From: an uncultured virus (IMG/VR IMGVR_UViG_3300021197_001811)
Lineage: Duplodnaviria; Heunggongvirae; Uroviricota; Caudoviricetes
IMG/VR virus record: IMGVR_UViG_3300021197_001811
Direction: 5' to 3' (one strand)
Length of the DNA stretch: 64,000 nt
Shown here: positions 61,352 through 64,000 of the stretch, in pieces
Numbering within the stretch: position 1 is the first letter of the stretch
Layout of the letters: every line of letters starts with the position of its first letter
Translations under genes and position numbers: made by a program
The notes under the pieces: generated by a model
What the model saw: the letters and a program-made list of their open reading frames with translations, nothing else
What the model was told of the DNA's origin: nothing
Databases searched by the model: none

Positions 61352-64000
61352 TTAAACTCCCACGTTGTAAAAATCGTTATTCACTGTTGAGATCACAGAT
61401 CTTGCAATCTCTTTCCTGTCTATCTTCAACACAATTTCCTTACCGTTGCCGCCGGCCATTAGACTTATAAGCTTATCTAGTTTCCTCGCAATGAGACCGC
61501 CCTCTTTTATTCCGACTATTTCATCGGACATGTTTGCGTTGGCGGCGCTCTTAAAGTCACTAACTGTAAAATCATTAACGGTCGGTGTCTTCGCCCTCGG
61601 TGAGACTTTGCCCGTTAGGTTTCCTGCTTCTTTGTTGAACTTATAGTTGACGGCGCCACAGCTGGGACCTCCCTGATTGGGTGGCGCGTTGCCGTTATTG
61701 TTTGCGCAGTAGTTGTACCGCTCTTTGGTAGACGCCTTTGCCCAATCTATACCAGATGACAATCTGGATTCCTCTGCAAACTCGCTTTTACCCTTGCTAA
61801 GGTCTATTGCTGTTCCTCCAGTACCGCCAAGGTAACCGCCACCCTTCATAAGCGCCTTCGTTTGGTTTCCAGATTCCTGACTTCCAAGAGAGTCATAGAG
61901 GAGGTTGCCGAGGGCGAGGCCTCCCGCGAGGGCTACGGCACCGCCCAATAGGCCTGCGCCTAGGCCGACGCCTCCTGCTCCAGCAGCTCCAGCAGTTCCA
62001 GCAGTTCCAGCAGCTCCAGCAGCTCCAGCAGCGCCACCAAGGCCTCCCACTCCACCGACAGGAGGCACGACATCACCGACGCCGCCTCCACCGAATTGAT
62101 CTCCCATCGCCATCAAAGAGTCGTTGCATATTCTAACGCAGTCGCCCAGCAGGCCTCCTCCGCCTCCTCCGCCTTCGCCTCCGCCGCCGCCTCCGCCGCC
62201 TCCGGCAACGGCACGAAGAGCTGCAGCTGCTCCTCCCCCTTTACCACCTTTAAACATTGATACCATTCCTGCGATCTGAACACCTGCCGAAATTGCGGAA
62301 CCAACTCCAAGAATAGTATTTTGGTTCCTTGCAACAAAGTCCATTACGCCGGAGGCCTCTTCTTGCATGCCAGTGAGCTTCTCTGATTCTAGTTTTGCTT
62401 TCTGATCTGACGTTAGGTTTTTAAATGTTTTCTCTGCTATATCTTCTTTCTTTTGTTTTCTTGTCTCCATTAAGAGTTCTTTATTAGTGTCGACACCGTT
62501 TTTAAGTAACTTATGAAGATCACCTGGATCCATTCCCAGTTTCTCCGAGACGGCCTTTACTATCTTTCTGTTGTCCATCAGTGCGCCGGAGGGATCCATA
62601 TCTAGAATTGTTTCTCTAACCATCTTAATCTTGTCTGGTATGTCCGCATTTGCTAGTGCAATTGCATTAAGACCTTCGCCGATGCCCGCTCCTAAGATCT
62701 GGTTTATCGCTCCTGCTGTCTCTGCAGCACCTTCTATTGTATCCATCGCGTCAAAGGAACCTATTAGGCCACTAACTTCTATTCCCAACTTGCTAGCAAC
62801 GCGGATCATCTTCTCTTGAACTTTGACGAAATTGTTTCCGTATGCTGCAAGGCTCTTACTTCCCTGTTGGAAAGCTGCTGCGATCTCTGAAGGAGGTCGC
62901 TTAAGCTCGTCGGCGAGCGCCATCATATTTAGTGTCAACTGTTCTGCTTCGGCATCTGTCTTGCCCAACGCGTCTCTAAAAAACGCAAAGTTCTCTGCAC
63001 TTTGTTGTGAAGATATTCCCGCTTGCTCCAGTATCGCAAAAGTCGTGGCTATACCAGCAACGTCCATCTTTTTAGGATCAGGATCAAACTTTGAATAAGC
63101 AGCCTGCAGATTCACAAGCGAGCTTACAAGTTCGTCACTTTGAACGCTTAAGGATTCAGAAGCTAGAGCCTGTTCCGTCAGTATGTCTCTGAATCGGCCT
63201 CCATCTTCACTAGTAAGTCCTGTGGCTTTGTATACTTCTAAGCCTTGTTGCTGGATTGTTTTAACTTGTTCGAAAATCTGCTGAACACGAGAGAAGGCGA
63301 TGTTTAGCGGATCGAACTGCTTTGCAATTCCCTTCCCGAATTTAGAGTTTACTAGCTTATTAACGCCCAAGAGCAACTTGCCCGTGGACCCTCCCGCTTT
63401 ATCAGTTTCTTTGGCCAGGCCTGCGTTTGCATCAGCTAAGGCCTTTGTTGCTGCTTCAGCATCGGATTCAGCTTCAGCGAGGGCGCCGACGCCAGCGACA
63501 AGGTCTTTAGTCTTGTCTTGTTTCTCTTGAAGCGCTTTAAGCCTCTTTTTGGCTTCTTCGTCTTGTGTCTTTGCTTCTTCTGCTGCTTTTTGTGCAGCTG
63601 ACTTGTATTCGTTCGCCGCTCCTGTGAGCGATTTAAACCCATCGTAGAGATCAGTAAGTGTACCTTGTGTTGTTAGTCCAGTGTTGCCCAAGTTCAACAT
63701 ACTCTGGGCTGTATTCTTCATTACGCCAGCGAACACCTGGCCTGCTGCGCCTGCCCTCTCTTGTGCTGCTGAAAGAGTGTTGAATCTTTTTTCGGCATCT
63801 TGGAGCGCGGTCGTTAGGGGACCTTGGATGGTTTCCCCCTGATCTATAGCCGCCTTGACATTGAGTTTTGCTATTTCGAACTGTTTCTCAGCTAGCGAAA
63901 CGTCTAGCTTTCGCATCTCTGCGACACGACCGAGAACAGCTGCGAGGTCTCTTTGCTTTTGAATGCTTGCTGTGTCTACTGCGCCTGCGGCGCCTGTGGA
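61352..64000 (-). CDS. tail tape measure-like protein (5' end outside window)
   Basis: frame open to the window edge; long Ala/Gly-rich helical sequence, hydrophobic Gly-rich segment, upstream of baseplate genes. Confidence 0.7.
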   Translation of the reverse strand, partial: STGAAGAVDTASIQKQRDLAAVLGRVAEMRKLDVSLAEKQFEIAKLNVKAAIDQGETIQGPLTTALQDAEKRFNTLSAAQERAGAAGQVFAGVMKNTAQSMLNLGNTGLTTQGTLTDLYDGFKSLTGAANEYKSAAQKAAEEAKTQDEEAKKRLKALQEKQDKTKDLVAGVGALAEAESDAEAATKALADANAGLAKETDKAGGSTGKLLLGVNKLVNSKFGKGIAKQFDPLNIAFSRVQQIFEQVKTIQQQGLEVYKATGLTSEDGGRFRDILTEQALASESLSVQSDELVSSLVNLQAAYSKFDPDPKKMDVAGIATTFAILEQAGISSQQSAENFAFFRDALGKTDAEAEQLTLNMMALADELKRPPSEIAAAFQQGSKSLAAYGNNFVKVQEKMIRVASKLGIEVSGLIGSFDAMDTIEGAAETAGAINQILGAGIGEGLNAIALANADIPDKIKMVRETILDMDPSGALMDNRKIVKAVSEKLGMDPGDLHKLLKNGVDTNKELLMETRKQKKEDIAEKTFKNLTSDQKAKLESEKLTGMQEEASGVMDFVARNQNTILGVGSAISAGVQIAGMVSMFKGGKGGGAAAALRAVAGGGGGGGGGEGGGGGGGLLGDCVRICNDSLMAMGDQFGGGGVGDVVPPVGGVGGLGGAAGAAGAAGTAGTAGAAGAGGVGLGAGLLGGAVALAGGLALGNLLYDSLGSQESGNQTKALMKGGGYLGGTGGTAIDLSKGKSEFAEESRLSSGIDWAKASTKERYNYCANNNGNAPPNQGGPSCGAVNYKFNKEAGNLTGKVSPRAKTPTVNDFTVSDFKSAANANMSDEIVGIKEGGLIARKLDKLISLMAGGNGKEIVLKIDRKEIARSVISTVNNDFYNVGV

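Noticed and set aside
61905..62240. GC-rich Gly/Ala low-complexity tract as a separate repeat element
   Set aside because: It is an in-frame poly-Gly/GAA linker within the tape-measure-like ORF, common in such proteins.
202..63530. Plus-strand ORFs in the track (e.g. 18412..19089, 32588..33094, 35778..36317, 59416..60027)
   Set aside because: They are antisense shadows of well-supported minus-strand genes or repeats, with no motifs or SD/promoter support.
1..64000. Stop-codon reassignment
   Set aside because: Long conserved genes are uninterrupted in code 11, and TAA, TAG and TGA all terminate genes with tight coupling.

Overview
This is a 64-kb segment of a large, probably jumbo-class tailed dsDNA phage. 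Essentially all credible genes lie on the minus strand and use the standard genetic code. In transcription order (right to left) the window has five parts. (1) Tail/baseplate genes, including a 5'-truncated tape-measure-like ORF and a LysM baseplate protein. (2) A replication and nucleotide block: short family-A polymerase, divergent tubulin/FtsZ-like protein, gp32-like SSB, FKBP PPIase, RecA/UvsX, 5'-3' exonuclease, DnaB-like helicase, class II RNR, GroES, ThyX, DnaE, HNH endonuclease, dUTPase and IMPDH/GMPR. (3) Two myxobacterial-style Cys-repeat/vWA lipoproteins embedded in that block. (4) A middle region with ClpP, GroEL, probable virion-internal proteins, a DNA MTase, UvsE and an M15 endolysin. 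(5) An early accessory region of small genes with about 25 near-consensus sigma70 promoters across the window, 3 tRNAs and a MoxR-AAA/vWA pair. The lipoprotein repeat style suggests a Myxococcota/deltaproteobacterial host (inference). The most notable observations are: arrays of about 20 'MKxGDLV' SH3/KOW-like microgenes joined by a stereotyped 14-nt overlap, in which one short sequence serves as C-terminus, SD, start and N-terminus; a 207-nt rod-like ncRNA candidate with 6S-like geometry; a helically phased box upstream of four early promoters; a stand-alone sigma-region-4 protein; a stand-alone LeuA regulatory domain; and a degenerate tubulin. All family assignments come from motif recognition by eye; no database searches were run.
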